Of a DNA stretch of 64,000 nt, positions 49,216 through 61,243 are shown piece by piece. Position 1 is the stretch's first letter, and every line of letters begins with the position of its first letter. The DNA is from Macrostomum lignano (taxonomy: Eukaryota). The notes beneath the pieces were generated by a model. It was given only the letters and a program-made list of their open reading frames with translations, was not told the origin of the DNA and did no database searches. Location of the stretch: contig NIVC01001510.1 of assembly GCA_002269645.1 (NCBI GenBank), positions 212,431-276,430 of the forward strand. Direction: 5' to 3'. A program made the position numbers and the translations under genes.

Positions 49216-49940
49216 CTCATCTTGGCACTCCTAAACACACATCTTGGCACTCCCAAAACACACATCTTGGCACTCCCAAAACACACATCTTGGCACTCCC
49301 AAAACACACATCTTGGCACTCCCAAAACACACATCATGACACTCCCAAAACACACATCTTGAAACTCCCAAAACACACATCTTGACACTCACAAAACACA
49401 TCTTGAAACTCCCAAAACACACCTCTTGGCACTCCCAAACACACATCTTGGCACTCCCAAAACACACCTCTTGGCACTCCCAAACACACATCTTGGCACT
49501 CCCAAAACACACATCTTGAAACTCCCAAAACACACATCTTGACACTCCCAAAACACATCTTGAAACTCCCAAAACACACATCTTGACACTCCCAAAACAC
49601 ACATCTTGACACTCCCAAAACACACATCTTGACACTCCCAAAAAACATCTTGAAACTCCCAAAACACACATCTTGACACTCCCAAAAAACATCTTGAAAC
49701 TCCCAAAACACACATCTTGAAACTCCCAAAACACACCTCTTGGCACTCCCAAAACACACCTCTTGGCACTCCCAAAACACACATCTTGGCACTCCCAAAA
49801 CACACCTCTTGACAATCCCAAAACACACATCTTGAAACTCCCAAAACACACCTCTTGGCACTCCCAAACACACATCTTGGCACTCCCAAAACACACCTCT
49901 TGGCACTCCCAAAGCACACCTCTTGACACTCCCAAAACAC
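49216..49940. repeat. About 23-bp minisatellite (CACACATCTTGGCACTCCCAAAA)
   Basis: Read directly from the sequence. Confidence 0.95.
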
Positions 49941-52039
49941 GCCGAATACCCATATTTGTGCCCATCAATATCACTTAGTGATCAGTGATGCTGGTCAATA
50001 ATGACCCACAGATCTAGCTGCTTTCTAAATAAATTGAAAGTCACGCGAAAGCAGCACAGCACTGCTGGGTCATCATCAGTCGAGACTGTCAGCAGGTCAA
50101 AGAAAGCGCACTCCAGTGCAGTGAAAAATGGTGGATGATTATCGCGGATTAGCCCGAGTCCGAGCGAGCGATTCGGCCAGCGAAATATTTAGCAGATCAG
50201 TGGGGGGGGGAGACGGGCGCCGGCTGCCGCAACTGCAGGCCAAATATTTCACCAGCAGCAGCCTCGCAGCCGAGGTCGCATGGCGCCTCCGACAGGTGAC
50301 TCGGGGACGGCTTCGGCCTCACCTGACTGCCAGTGACAACTGCTTGGCCGGCCTGTTCGAACTCGGGCCGTGGTTTACACTCGCCCGCCCTAGCAACCCG
50401 GGCAATTTGCACAGTTGAAAGCATTAGCAAATCCCTTTAGCTAAGATGTCGAAAAGACGACAGATCGCAAACTTTTGTTGCAGTTTATTTAAAAATAAAC
50501 TCGGCCCAGGACCAGTTGGCGCGGCAGATTGCTTGTTATCCTTTCATATCCTTTCACCTCCGGCTTGAAGGAAGCCTCACAAATGTATTGGTTGGCAAGG
50601 CTAAGATGGCTTTAAATAGGGAGTGGAGGCTGTGGCAACGCAAGCGAAGCGTGCCCGGACACATGCGCCAGATATGTTGTATTTCCTGGTTGCGCAAGAA
50701 ACCTGATTATTGCTTTCTTTTTTAAACGAGAGAGAAAGCTTTGGAGAGCCGGGCAGGCCCATTGCGCCAGTGCATTTGTCAGTTTCGGATCGGCTCGTCA
50801 ATATTTGCGGCTATCATCATCATTGATGCAGAACCTCTGCCGGCGGCCTCAGCAGGTCAGCTGCTGTCCGCCTGTCTGTTTTGGTCGGTGACGGCTCGGA
50901 TACCGCCTGAGGCGGATAAATAAACAAGCGGCTTTTTCCTCGACTATAATTTGATAATATAATTTGCACAGCTGAACAGTGGAAACTGACAAATTGCACT
51001 ATACGAGCCAATCGAACTTATCGCATCCCTACAGAAACAGGTGTTGCAAATGCTTTTCAATAGCTAGTACAGTTGCGAAGGCCAATGATCCAAATGAATA
51101 ATGCTAGTGCAGGTTCTGGAATGAGGTTCGTATATGGTTATGGAAATAAAACTATTCATACTTTATGCATAAATTATAGATCAGTTATTCCACCATATCC
51201 GCTTATTAGAACTTTCTAGAAAAGGCAAAGGCGTGCATGCGCCAACTTTCAACTTAAAAAGGCGAAAGTAAATTTCTATTATGGATAATTTCCCATGCCC
51301 ATTCACAGCAAACACGCTTTGCAGGTATAGCCTAATAATAGCAGCAGAAATAATAGACAACTGTGGACTATAATGACAATGATAAAGCGGATATTGTGAG
51401 GCAACACTGGAGGGGGGTTGGGCAGAAAGGGGAGCAATTATAATTATGAAGAGTCAGCCGGGAGGCAGGCAAATTTCCTAATCCACGCGGAGCCCATGTG
51501 GCGCGGCGCGTGAGCAATAAGGATGGAGAGAGAGAGAGGTGATGCTGACAGACAGACATCTGTGCCAATCCTGAATTCGCGTGCACGAGAGGGGCCACTG
51601 CGCTTTCCTTTAGATAAGTCGGGGGGTCACAGATTGGCGAAAATCACTGTGATTAAAAAACACGGTTACTCATTTAGAGTAGAGAGGGTCCCCCTCGGAC
51701 TGAGCAGCCGACATGCTCCCCCGCTGAGTAGATCAGGTCGAGCACAAAGGCAGCACCTCGAGTCAGACTATGGCTCTGCATTCACTTGGGCTTGGAAGCG
51801 GAAGTGAAAAATTGGAGCTGCGCTGCCTGTCGCGTTTCGTGTAATGAAAATTTGGAAATATTGAGAAGCAATTGCTGCGATGATTGCAACGGGCATGCAC
51901 ATACACGCTAAATACATGTAAGCTAATACATGTATATACGAGCTCATACTAATAGCGCAACAAATGGGTACGACTGTGGAACAAGCGCGTAGGTTATTTA
52001 CCCAATCTTCTGACTAATCACGTAGGTGTTTATTCGGCA

Positions 52040-52465
52040 TATTCTGACTAAGCGCGCGTGTTTATGCCCAATTCTGACTTAGCACACAAGTGTTTATGCC
52101 CAATTCTGACTTAGCACGCAAGTGTTTATGCCCAATTCTGACTTAGCACACAAGTGTTTATGCCCAATTCTGACTGAGCACACAAGTGTTTATGCCCAAT
52201 TCTGACTTAGCACACAAGTGTTTATGCCCAATTCTGACTTAGCACACAAGTGTTTATGCCCAATTCTGACTGAGCACACAAGTGTTTATGCCCAATTCTG
52301 ACTTAGCACACAAGTGTTTATGCCCAATTCTGACTTAGCACACAAGTGTTTATGCCCAATTCTGACTTAGCACACAAGTGTTTATGCCCAATTCTGACTT
52401 AGCACGCAAGTGTTTATGCCCAATTCTGACTGAGCACACAAGTGTTTATGCCCGATTCTGACTGA
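52040..52465. repeat. 32-bp minisatellite (AGCACACAAGTGTTTATGCCCAATTCTGACTT)
   Basis: Period 32 at 52081/52113. Confidence 0.95.
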
Positions 52466-52766
52466 GCGCGCGCGTGTTGCTCTCGACTAATCAGGTCTTA
52501 TGCAGGACGTCAAGTCGATCAACTGCGGCTGATCGTTCCAATACGAATGACTACTGAAGCGCCTTTTTACATGTTCAAATCTTGAATGCTAAGTTTCAAA
52601 AGTTTCATTTCGCTTATCCCGACGCAACTGCTTCTGTACTAACTCACCTACACTAACCATACTACTTAAACCCGATAAACTAGTAGGAAAGGAAGAAAGC
52701 AAAAATGCAACCTGAAACATTAGCCGAATGAATCGACCTACTGTAAGCTCGACGGTAACGCGTCAA

Positions 52767-53768
52767 GTGGCGCCAGCACCGTAGCGCCAGCACCGTGGCG
52801 CCAGCACCAAGTTGCGCCAGCACCATGGCGCCAGCACCGTGGTGCCAGCACCGTAGCGCCAGCACCGTAGCGCCAGCACCGTGGCGCCAGCACCGTGGCG
52901 CCAGCACCGTGGCGCCAGCACCGTGGCGCCAGCACCATGGCGCCAGCACCGTGGTGCCAGCACCGTAGCGCCAGCACCGTGGCGCCAGCACCGTGGCGCC
53001 AGCACCGTGGCGCCAGCACCGTGGCGTCAGCACCAAGTGGCGCAAGCACCAAGTGGCGCCAGCACCAAGGCTCCAGCACCGAGGCGCCAGCACCAAGGCG
53101 CCAGCACCGTGGCGCCAGAACCAAGTTGCGCCAGCACCGAGGCGCCAGCACCAAGGCGCCAGCACCGTGGCGCCAGAACCAAGTTGCGCCAGCACCATGG
53201 CGCCAGCACCGTGGTGCCAGCACCGTGGCGCCAGCACCGTAGCGCCAGCACCGTGGCGTCAGCACCGTGGCGCCAGCACCAAGTGGCGCAAGCACCAAGT
53301 GGCGCCAGCACCAAGGCGCCAGCACCGAGGCGCCAGCACCAAGGCGCCAGCACCAAGGCGCCAGCACCGTGGTGCCAGCACCGTGGTGCCAGCACCGTGG
53401 TGCCAGCACCGTGGCGCCAGCACCAAGGCGCCAGCACCGAGGCGCCAGCACCAAGTGGCGCAAGCACCAAGTGGCGCCAGCACCAAGTGGCGCCAGCACC
53501 GAGGCGCCAGCACCAAGGCGCCAGCATCGTGGCGCCAGCACCGTGGTGCCAGCACCGTGGCGCCAGCACCACGTGGCGCCAGCACCGTAGCGCCAGCACC
53601 GTGGCGCCAGCACCGAGGCACCAGCACCGTGGCGCCAGCACCGTGGCGCCAGCACCGAGGCACCAGCACCGAGGCACCAGCACCGAGGCACCAGCACCGA
53701 GGCACCAGCACCGAGCCGCCAGCACCGAGGCGCCAGCACCGAGGCGCCAGCACCAAGTGGCGCCAGCA
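52767..53768. repeat. About 15-bp GGCGCCAGCACC-core satellite, about 1 kb
   Basis: Read directly. Same core as 31023-31199. Confidence 0.95.
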
Positions 53769-55036
53769 TCAAGAGGCGCCACAGTAGTGGCTGGGGAAGC
53801 GCTAAACTTGGAAACAGGGGCTCTAAACCTACTGTGAAAAGGGCGCCATAACTTTTTATAGCCTATTGAGGGGCCGCCGCCCCTTACCCTCCCCCAGATT
53901 CGGTCCCTCAGTCATCAAAGATTCATCCCCTGGTCATCAAAAATTCGGTCCCTCAGTTGTTAACCCAACCAGCTATGCCTCTGAAGCTCCCAGCCTCCCA
54001 CAACACATGCATTTATTTCGGATTGCTCTGTACTAACCACGGTCAAGTCTGCTTAATCTGAACCCGACTAGCGACCCTCGTATTTACGTATAAACAAAAA
54101 ACTATTAAAAAGGATGCATAGGATTGCTATGCATCAGAATTGCAGTGTTGATAGCAAAATGAAGAGTTAGAGAGAGACAGAGACAGACAAGTGTCGCCTT
54201 GTATTATTTTACCCTGGTAGCCGAATTCAGCAGCGCACAGCGATCAAACAAAAGGGAAAGAGGAGGCTGGCTTATTTCTGCAACCGAATAATAGCGGGCA
54301 TTATTACTTTGGGCAGTATGAATATTAAACTGGCTACAATTGAATAAACAAAACAAAATAGTTTTCATCATACACTACTGCAAAGTAGCAAACAAAGGAC
54401 AATTGATAACAAATAAAAATCAGCGAAATGAACCACGGGCCGACGCGAGCAGAATCTAAAATCAATAACTATAGATTAAACGGGGCAGCAAAGAGGCGAT
54501 GCTGAAAATAAAACACAACACTAGTATTATCCAGGAAAATGTTTAATCCGTATACAAAAAACAGAGCAAATCGAAAACAAGATCAAATAAACTCTTTATT
54601 TGAGAGTGCGGTGCCAATGACAGAACTCGTGCATAAATTTATTTATTTATCAGGCAATTTATCAGCAATGACAGCCAAGGCTAACTAAAGGTACTAGCCA
54701 CTGTCAGGGTGGTGAAAAAAAGTGAAAAATGATTAAAACAAAACAACTTGGATGACGTTGCTTACTTTAAGTGGACCCTGGTCAGCCAGGTGAAATTAAT
54801 GTTTTCAAATTTCAAGCTATAGCTTATAGTATTATAGTATATGCTGCTATTGTATATAAGCAGGCGTAGTTTATGGGACTGATTATTGCTTAACAAAATT
54901 TGGGATGTACAGGGAGTATGGCTGATCGGGATTATCCCAGTTAATGGGGAATAGCATCCAGTCGCTAGAATAACAGATAGGAAAATCAAAACGGCTAACT
55001 ATTGTTTACACATGTGGCCACACAAGAGGGGGGGAC

Positions 55037-55742
55037 GGCGGATTCAGTGTGGCAGCGGGTAAGAGGGGGCGGATTCAGTGTGGCAGCGGGTAAGAAGGGG
55101 CGGATTCAGTGTGGCAGCGGGTAAGAGGGGGCGGATTCAGTGTGGCAGCGGGTAAGAAGGGGCGGATTCAGTGTGGCAGCGGGTAAGAAGGGGCGGATTC
55201 AGTGTGGCAGCGGGTAAGAAGGGGCGGATTCAGTGTGGCAGCGGGTAAGAGGGGGCGGATTCAGTGTGGCAGCGGGTAAGAAGGGGCGGATTCAGTGTGG
55301 CAGCGGGTAAGAGGGGGCGGATTCAGTGTGGCAGCGGGTAAGAAGGGGCGGATTCAGTGTGGCAGCGGGTAAGAAGGGGCGGATTCAGTGTGGCAGCGGG
55401 TAAGAGGGGGCGGATTCAGTGTGGCAGCGAATAAGAGGGGGCGGATTCAGTGTGGCAGCGGGTAAGAGGGGGCGGATTCAGTGTGGCAGCGGGTAAGAAG
55501 GGGCGGATTCAGTGTGGCAGCGGGTAAGAAGGGGCGGATTCAGTGTGGCAGCGGGTAAGAAGGGGCGGATTCAGTGTGGCAGCGGGTAAGAAGGGGCGGA
55601 TTCAGTGTGGCAGCGGGTAAGAAGGGGCGGATTCAGTGTGGCAGCGGGTAAGAAGGGGCGGATTCAGTGTGGCAGCGGGTAAGAAGGGGCGGATTCAGTG
55701 TGGCAGCGGGTAAGAAGGGGCGGATTCAGTGTGGCAGCGGGT
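55037..55742. repeat. 31-bp minisatellite (GGCGGATTCAGTGTGGCAGCGGGTAAGAAGG), about 23 copies
   Basis: Period 31 at 55041/55072. Confidence 0.96.
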
Positions 55743-56273
55743 TGAGATCATGGCGACGACCGGTACAGTTAACACATCGAAAAAAATTAGGAAATATGAC
55801 AGGATTATTAATAAAGCAGATATAGTCCATGCACATATTCACTAGGAAAGCCAGTCCTTTACTCTTACACAATCAATATAACAGCTCGCATTTGGTGCAG
55901 AATTATGTTGTTACTGTAAAACTAATAAAACCATTAGCGAAACTATTTTATATGGTACTACACACTCGTATTATTATTAATGTTTACGCATTCTATTGAT
56001 ATTCAACAACCGATATATGCGTTTATCGACAATAAATGATACATAGACTTCTATAGTAGATGCTGATAAAGGATATACGGGGCGGTAAGGTAATCACATG
56101 CTGGCTAAACACGAATATAGAGAGCAAGGAATCCCATCACAAGCAAGAACTGGGTACACTGGAGTAAGTAACAAGTGAGTGATGGCGAAATAGTGCAAAA
56201 TTCAATCCCGCCGTATTGTTTTCAGCAAAATCGAGCGGGTATCCCAGTACCAAAGCCGCGTACAGTTGCCGCA

Positions 56274-56341
56274 TTAATCCACCTTTACAACGCTGTAGAT
56301 TTTGCGTACAAACCAAAACGTGGCGAAGAAGCCCACGGTGC
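56274..56341 (-). CDS. TM9SF2: TM9SF2, last exon
   Basis: (G)TVGFFATFWFVRKIYSVVKVD*; the IYSVVKVD C-terminus matches TM9SF2. TTTTAG acceptor. Confidence 0.95.
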
Positions 56342-56377
56342 CTAAAATGAGTAAAAGTATAGGCGGATTGGACTGCG

Positions 56378-57475
56378 AACTGAGCTGGGGAGATGAGAGC
56401 GGCCCAGACTGAGAATTAGGGAGATGAGAGCGGCCCAGACTGAGAATTAGGGAGATGAGAGCAGCCCAGACTGAGAAATGGGGGTGAGAGCGGCCAAGAC
56501 TGAGAAATGCGGCCCAGACTGAGAACTGGGGGTGAGAGTGGCCCAGACTGAGAACTGGGTGAGATGAGAGCGGCCCCTGAGAAATAGGGGTGAGAGCGGT
56601 CCAGACTGAGAACTGGGGGTGAGAGCAGCCCAGACTGAGAACTGGGGGTAAGAGCGGCCCAGACTGAAAAATTGGGGTGAGAGCGGCCCAGACTGAGAAC
56701 TGGGGAGGGGGGGTGAGAGCGGCCGAGACTGAGAACTGGGGGAGAGAGCGGCCCAGACTGAGAACTGGGGGGGGTGAGAGCGGCCCAGACTGAGGAATGG
56801 GGGTGAGAGCGGCCCAGACTGAGGAATGGGGGTGACAGCGGCCCAGACTGAGAAATGGGGGGGGTGAGAGCGGCCCAGACTGAGAACTGGGGGGTGACAG
56901 CGGCCCAGACTGAGAACTGGGTGAGATGAGAGCGGCCCCTGAGAAATAGGGGTGAGAGCGGTCCAGACTGAGAACTGGGGGGTGACAGCGGCCCAGACTG
57001 AGAAATGGGGGGGGGTGAGAGCAGCCCAGACTGAGAACTGGGGGGTGAGAGCAGCCCAGACTGAGAACTGGGGGGTGAGAGCAGCCCAGACTGAGAACTG
57101 GGGGGTAATAGCGGCCCAGACTGAAAAATTGGGGTGAGAGCGGCCGAAACTGAGAACTGGGGGAGAGAGCGGCCCAGACTGAGAACTGGGGGAGAGAGCG
57201 GCCGAGACTGAGAACTGGGGAGGGGGGGAGAGAGCGGCCCAGACTGAGAACTGGGGGAGAGAGCGGCCCAGACTGAGAACTGGGGGAGAGAGCGGCCCAG
57301 ACTGAGAACTGGGGGGGGGGGTGAGAGCGGCCCAGACTGAGGAATGGAGGTGACAGCGGCCCAGACTGAGAAATGGGGGGGGGGGTGAGAGCGGCCCAGA
57401 CTGAGAAATGGGGGGGGGTGAGAGCGGCCCAGACTGAGAACTGGAGGGTGACAGCGGCCCAGACTGAGAACTGAG
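56378..57475. repeat. About 30-bp minisatellite (GAGAGCGGCCCAGACTGAGAACTGGGGG(n)T) in the last TM9SF2 intron
   Basis: Read directly; variable G-run length. Confidence 0.95.
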
Positions 57476-57559
57476 GGAGATCAGGGATCGGAGTACAGTT
57501 ATCGAAATCGGCACACAATAAAGTTTTATTTGCAACAAACTCAAATGCATGCTCCTCAC

Positions 57560-57833
57560 CTGTGAAAAGGAAAAACAGCAGCACAATGATGAAGGTGTAG
57601 CCGAAGTACAGGAAAGTAGAAGCGGCGCCGCTCAACTCCATCTTGGCGAAGAAATAGTGCACGGAATAGAGGAACAGGTACATGGCTGTGCACCCGGCCG
57701 TGAGGAAGGCGCGCCACCACCAGTGATAGTCCTCTGCGCACAGGTGGAAATAGCACAGCAGAATGGTGGCCTCCGAGCAGGTCACAAGCAAGATGAGGAA
57801 CACCAGGAACAGGAAGCCGAACATGTAGTACAC
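57560..57833 (-). CDS. TM9SF2: TM9SF2, penultimate exon
   Basis: VYYMFGFLFLVFLILLVTCSEATILLCYFHLCAEDYHWWWRAF...YFGYTFIIVLLFFLFT. TTAACCAG acceptor and GTGAG donor. Confidence 0.96.
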
Positions 57834-57944
57834 CTGGTTAAGTAGAAATCGGTTTTAAAGAAGCAGTGAGGTTTATTTTTGCTTGCTTATTTTATCACAG
57901 AAGACATTTGAAACTATATTATATCTCCGTTCAAGGGAGGCATT

Positions 57945-58228
57945 TAAGGTCACAAGGGTAGCGGTATCACATTGAAGATCACAGGGGGTAGCGGTATCAC
58001 ATTGAAGGTCACAGGGGTAGCGGTGTCACATTGAAGGTCACAGGGGGTAGCGGTATCACATTGAAGGTCAAAGGGATAGCGGTATCACATTGAAGGTCAA
58101 AGGCATAGCGGTATCACATTGAAGGTCACAGGGGTAGCGGTATCATATTGAAGGTCACAGGGGGGTAGTGTTATCACATTGAATGTCACAGGGGGTAGCG
58201 GTGTCACATTGAAGGTCACAGAGGTAGC
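57945..58228. repeat. 29/30-bp minisatellite (CACATTGAAGGTCACAGGGGTAGCGGTAT) in a TM9SF2 intron
   Basis: Read directly from the sequence. Confidence 0.92.
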
Positions 58229-58252
58229 AGAAATACAGGTAGGCGAACTCAC

Positions 58253-59342
58253 ATCGGAGCCCCAGATCGAGTTCAGAATGAAGAACAGCTGGATGAAGAT
58301 GCAGCCGAATGGCAGGATGCCGCCCATTAGAATGCCGGGCAGGGGCCTCGTGTAGAAGCTCTGGTCGGGGATCTGTCTGGGTATCTGATTAGTGCGAACC
58401 GGATGCTCCATCGGCGGCTTCTTAAAACCGAAATAAGCGCCTAGAAAGCAGAGCGGAACGGAGACGAGGAACCAGAGAGCCAGGATGGCAACAATAGTGC
58501 TAAACGGCACAGCGGCCGAGCTGCCCTTAGCCCACAGCACCAGGTTAAGCACGAAGAAGATGGCAAACACCAGGCCGGGGCACAGCAGCGCAGTTAATAA
58601 GACGTGCAGCTTCCAGCGCAGGCCGCCAAACATCTTGTAGATTCTGGCGGACACGTAGCCAGCCGGTGTGCCCAGCAGGACGTACAGCACCATGGCGCAG
58701 GTCATGAGGGCGCCGCGATTGGCCGGACTGAGAAAGCCGAGACAGGCGAAGGCCAGCGTGATGAGCGACATGCACAGGATCTGGACTCCGTTGCCTAGGA
58801 ACACGCTGAGCAGCATACCCTTGGCTGGCGGCCGGAACACGTCGCCGTGCACCAGCTTCCAGCCGAATTCTTCTTGGGCCTCTTCGTGCGCCTCCTGCTG
58901 GTTGTAGCGAGAGATGTCCCTGTGCAGAGTGCGCAGCAGGATCATAGCAACCATGCCGCTTAGGAACAGGACTATGACTAGCGAGTTTAGAATGCTAAAC
59001 CACTGGATATTGGAGTGCGGCATGGATTCCAGGATATAATCCCAGCGGGAGCTCCAGCGAACGCTATTATCCTGCTTGTAAGACACGCTGTAGGTGTAGA
59101 ACACTTTAACTGGCTCCGGCAGGTCGCTGCTTGTAGCCGAGATGCCTAACGGAGGAGTCTGATCGTTGCATCGTATAGAATCCTTGCCACTGTGCTTGTA
59201 GCTTTGCACAAGCGCTTTAACCGAGATGATCCTCCCGCCGCGACCGGAGATTCCGGCGCCCCAGCTTTCCTCGGCGCTGCTGTGATAGGAGATCACCAGC
59301 TGCACATGGTTGAACAGGTACACCGTGTTCGGCGAGCTGTAC
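58253..59342 (-). CDS. TM9SF2: TM9SF2, large central exon (1,090 bp)
   Basis: [13 protein letters not shown]...[53 protein letters not shown]...[16 protein letters not shown]...[12 protein letters not shown]...[20 protein letters not shown] acceptor and GTGAGT donor. Intact frame. Confidence 0.97.
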
Positions 59343-60330
59343 CTGCAGAGCGAGGCGAGTTACTATGGGCGATAGAATACCCGATGAAAACGGTAACTAG
59401 GCCAAGTAGTATCCCAGAGTCACTTGCGTCGCCCAAAGTCGTTGCAGGTAACACAGGTAAAATAGGAAAGAAGTGAGTCTAGACGACTCTAAACGACGAG
59501 ATGTCACGGTAAGTTGCCAGAAAGTTGTCAAAGAGTCGTTTGATTGTCTGCGACTCTGAAACGACCCTATGGCGACGCAAGTGACTCTGAGGCGCTACTA
59601 TAATGACTGGGGCCGTAGGGTCGCATATGAGGCGTGCTGGAGTCGCTGTGGAATCACTGAGTTGCATATAAAGCTCAACTGCGTCACTTTATGAATTAGA
59701 ATCGGATTTCGCATTTATAACAACGCATTTTTACGCTCTCCATCGCATTTATGTGCGACAGTCGCCTGAGGCACACAGATTGACATAAAACTTATGGTGG
59801 GCTGGAGGCTAAGATCTATCAATAATGCCAAATAGGCTTCACAGTTGGAAATTTGAGCATTAAAAGACTCTGCAGCATTTTTGGTGTAACCTGAAGCAGA
59901 ATTGTTATTATCATTTATTTCTAAGCGGGTGTAAGAACTTTACATTTAATCCTAACAAATAAAGAATAGAAAACTAGATCCGTTTTTATTATTTGTCTCG
60001 ATAAAGTATGTCCATACTGACTATTCTTTCCATTGATCCAATTCAAAAGTTGGGCAAGGAAACAGATTCGATTGACTTTAAGATCTGAGATCCGAAATTA
60101 CCCGACCCTAATTCGGATCTCATACATGTGTGGCAGGTGGGATGCCACTTTGACTTTGATTAACAAATTTAGTAACTTTGAAATGCATGCGAAAAGTTTT
60201 CTTTATTTTTTGTCCACTATTTGATTTGTTTCCCCTGTTTGGTCCCGCCGACGGACCGCCCAGTGGAGGTTTTGCATCCTTTTTCTGGAAATTCATCCTC
60301 CTCCCACTGGACATTTTGTTAAATTTTTCT

Positions 60331-60478
60331 GTTTCCTTCAGTTTTAAGGCCGTCCAGTGCCTCGACCACGCGCTGTAATATTTGTCCAGAAGCATGCCCA
60401 ACCGTTTCCTTCAGTTTTAAGGCCGTCCAGTGCCTCGACCACGCGCTGTAATTATTGTCCAGAAGCATGCCCACCGTT
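60331..60478. repeat. 73-bp tandem duplication in a TM9SF2 intron
   Basis: GTTTCCTTCAGTTTTAAGGCCGTCC... starts at 60331 and again at 60404. Confidence 0.93.
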
Positions 60479-61243
60479 GATCCAACCAATGTCTTGACAT
60501 TGCGTTTCACTAATATTAAACAGCTCATTGCTAGTGTCTCCAAACAAAAACTCTCACTCTCTCTCTCTCTCTTTTCTCTCCTCCCCTCCTCACCGGCTAA
60601 CTGCTTAACGTGTTTTCCCGCACTCGCATTTTCTTCGTGCGACCAACACTAGCTAACGTAACTTGCCTTTTATTTTATTTAGTTGATATTTAGCGCCCCG
60701 GCGCTCATGAAATCTTTTCAGTCGTAAATTTATTAAAGCAATAGTAATATTAATAACCTTCAATTTATTTCAAAACCTGCTGTTTAATAATAACCAAATA
60801 CCTAATAAATTACACCATATTTTCGTTAATCAACAAGCCATAGTCTATCTTAGTCATTTGCCCACGGGGCGTAAAACAATTAAAGTTATCAACTCAAAGA
60901 AAGCTCTGGACCTATTCGTTCCGTAATACGTAAATTACGGTGGTGGCAGCTCTACCCTACTGAAAGTAATCAGTTTAACAAATCGACACATTAATTTACG
61001 GTGTCAGAAACGACCGCTCCGCTACGATGACAACTACCCTCCCCCCGGGATTTGAGGACCCCCGGCAGTCGGAGTAAAACAGCAGAAAGAATTTCGTTGT
61101 GATTCGTCTGTGCGACGCTCCGGATTTATTGTGCGAACGCAACGCCGGCGGGAATTCAAACGTGGAATCCGCCCCACCTCACTGGTGACAGCAACCGACC
61201 AATCTCCAAACAAAACTTTCTCCACCCCACCTCACATGCTTGG

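Noticed and set aside
52767-53768. CAGCACC...GGCGCC resembling the REST/RE1 site or Chi-like minisatellite cores
   Set aside because: It does not match the RE1 consensus (TCAGCACCACGGACAG) or GCTGGTGG, and it is far from the neuronal gene promoters.
20127-55742. Many repetitive-peptide ORFs (PKLHNPQTSQ, APEAP, LQPIQPIS, GVPRCVFWEC, WRHGAGATVLAP and others)
   Set aside because: They are translations of stop-poor satellites, open in several frames and on both strands, with no splice or codon evidence.
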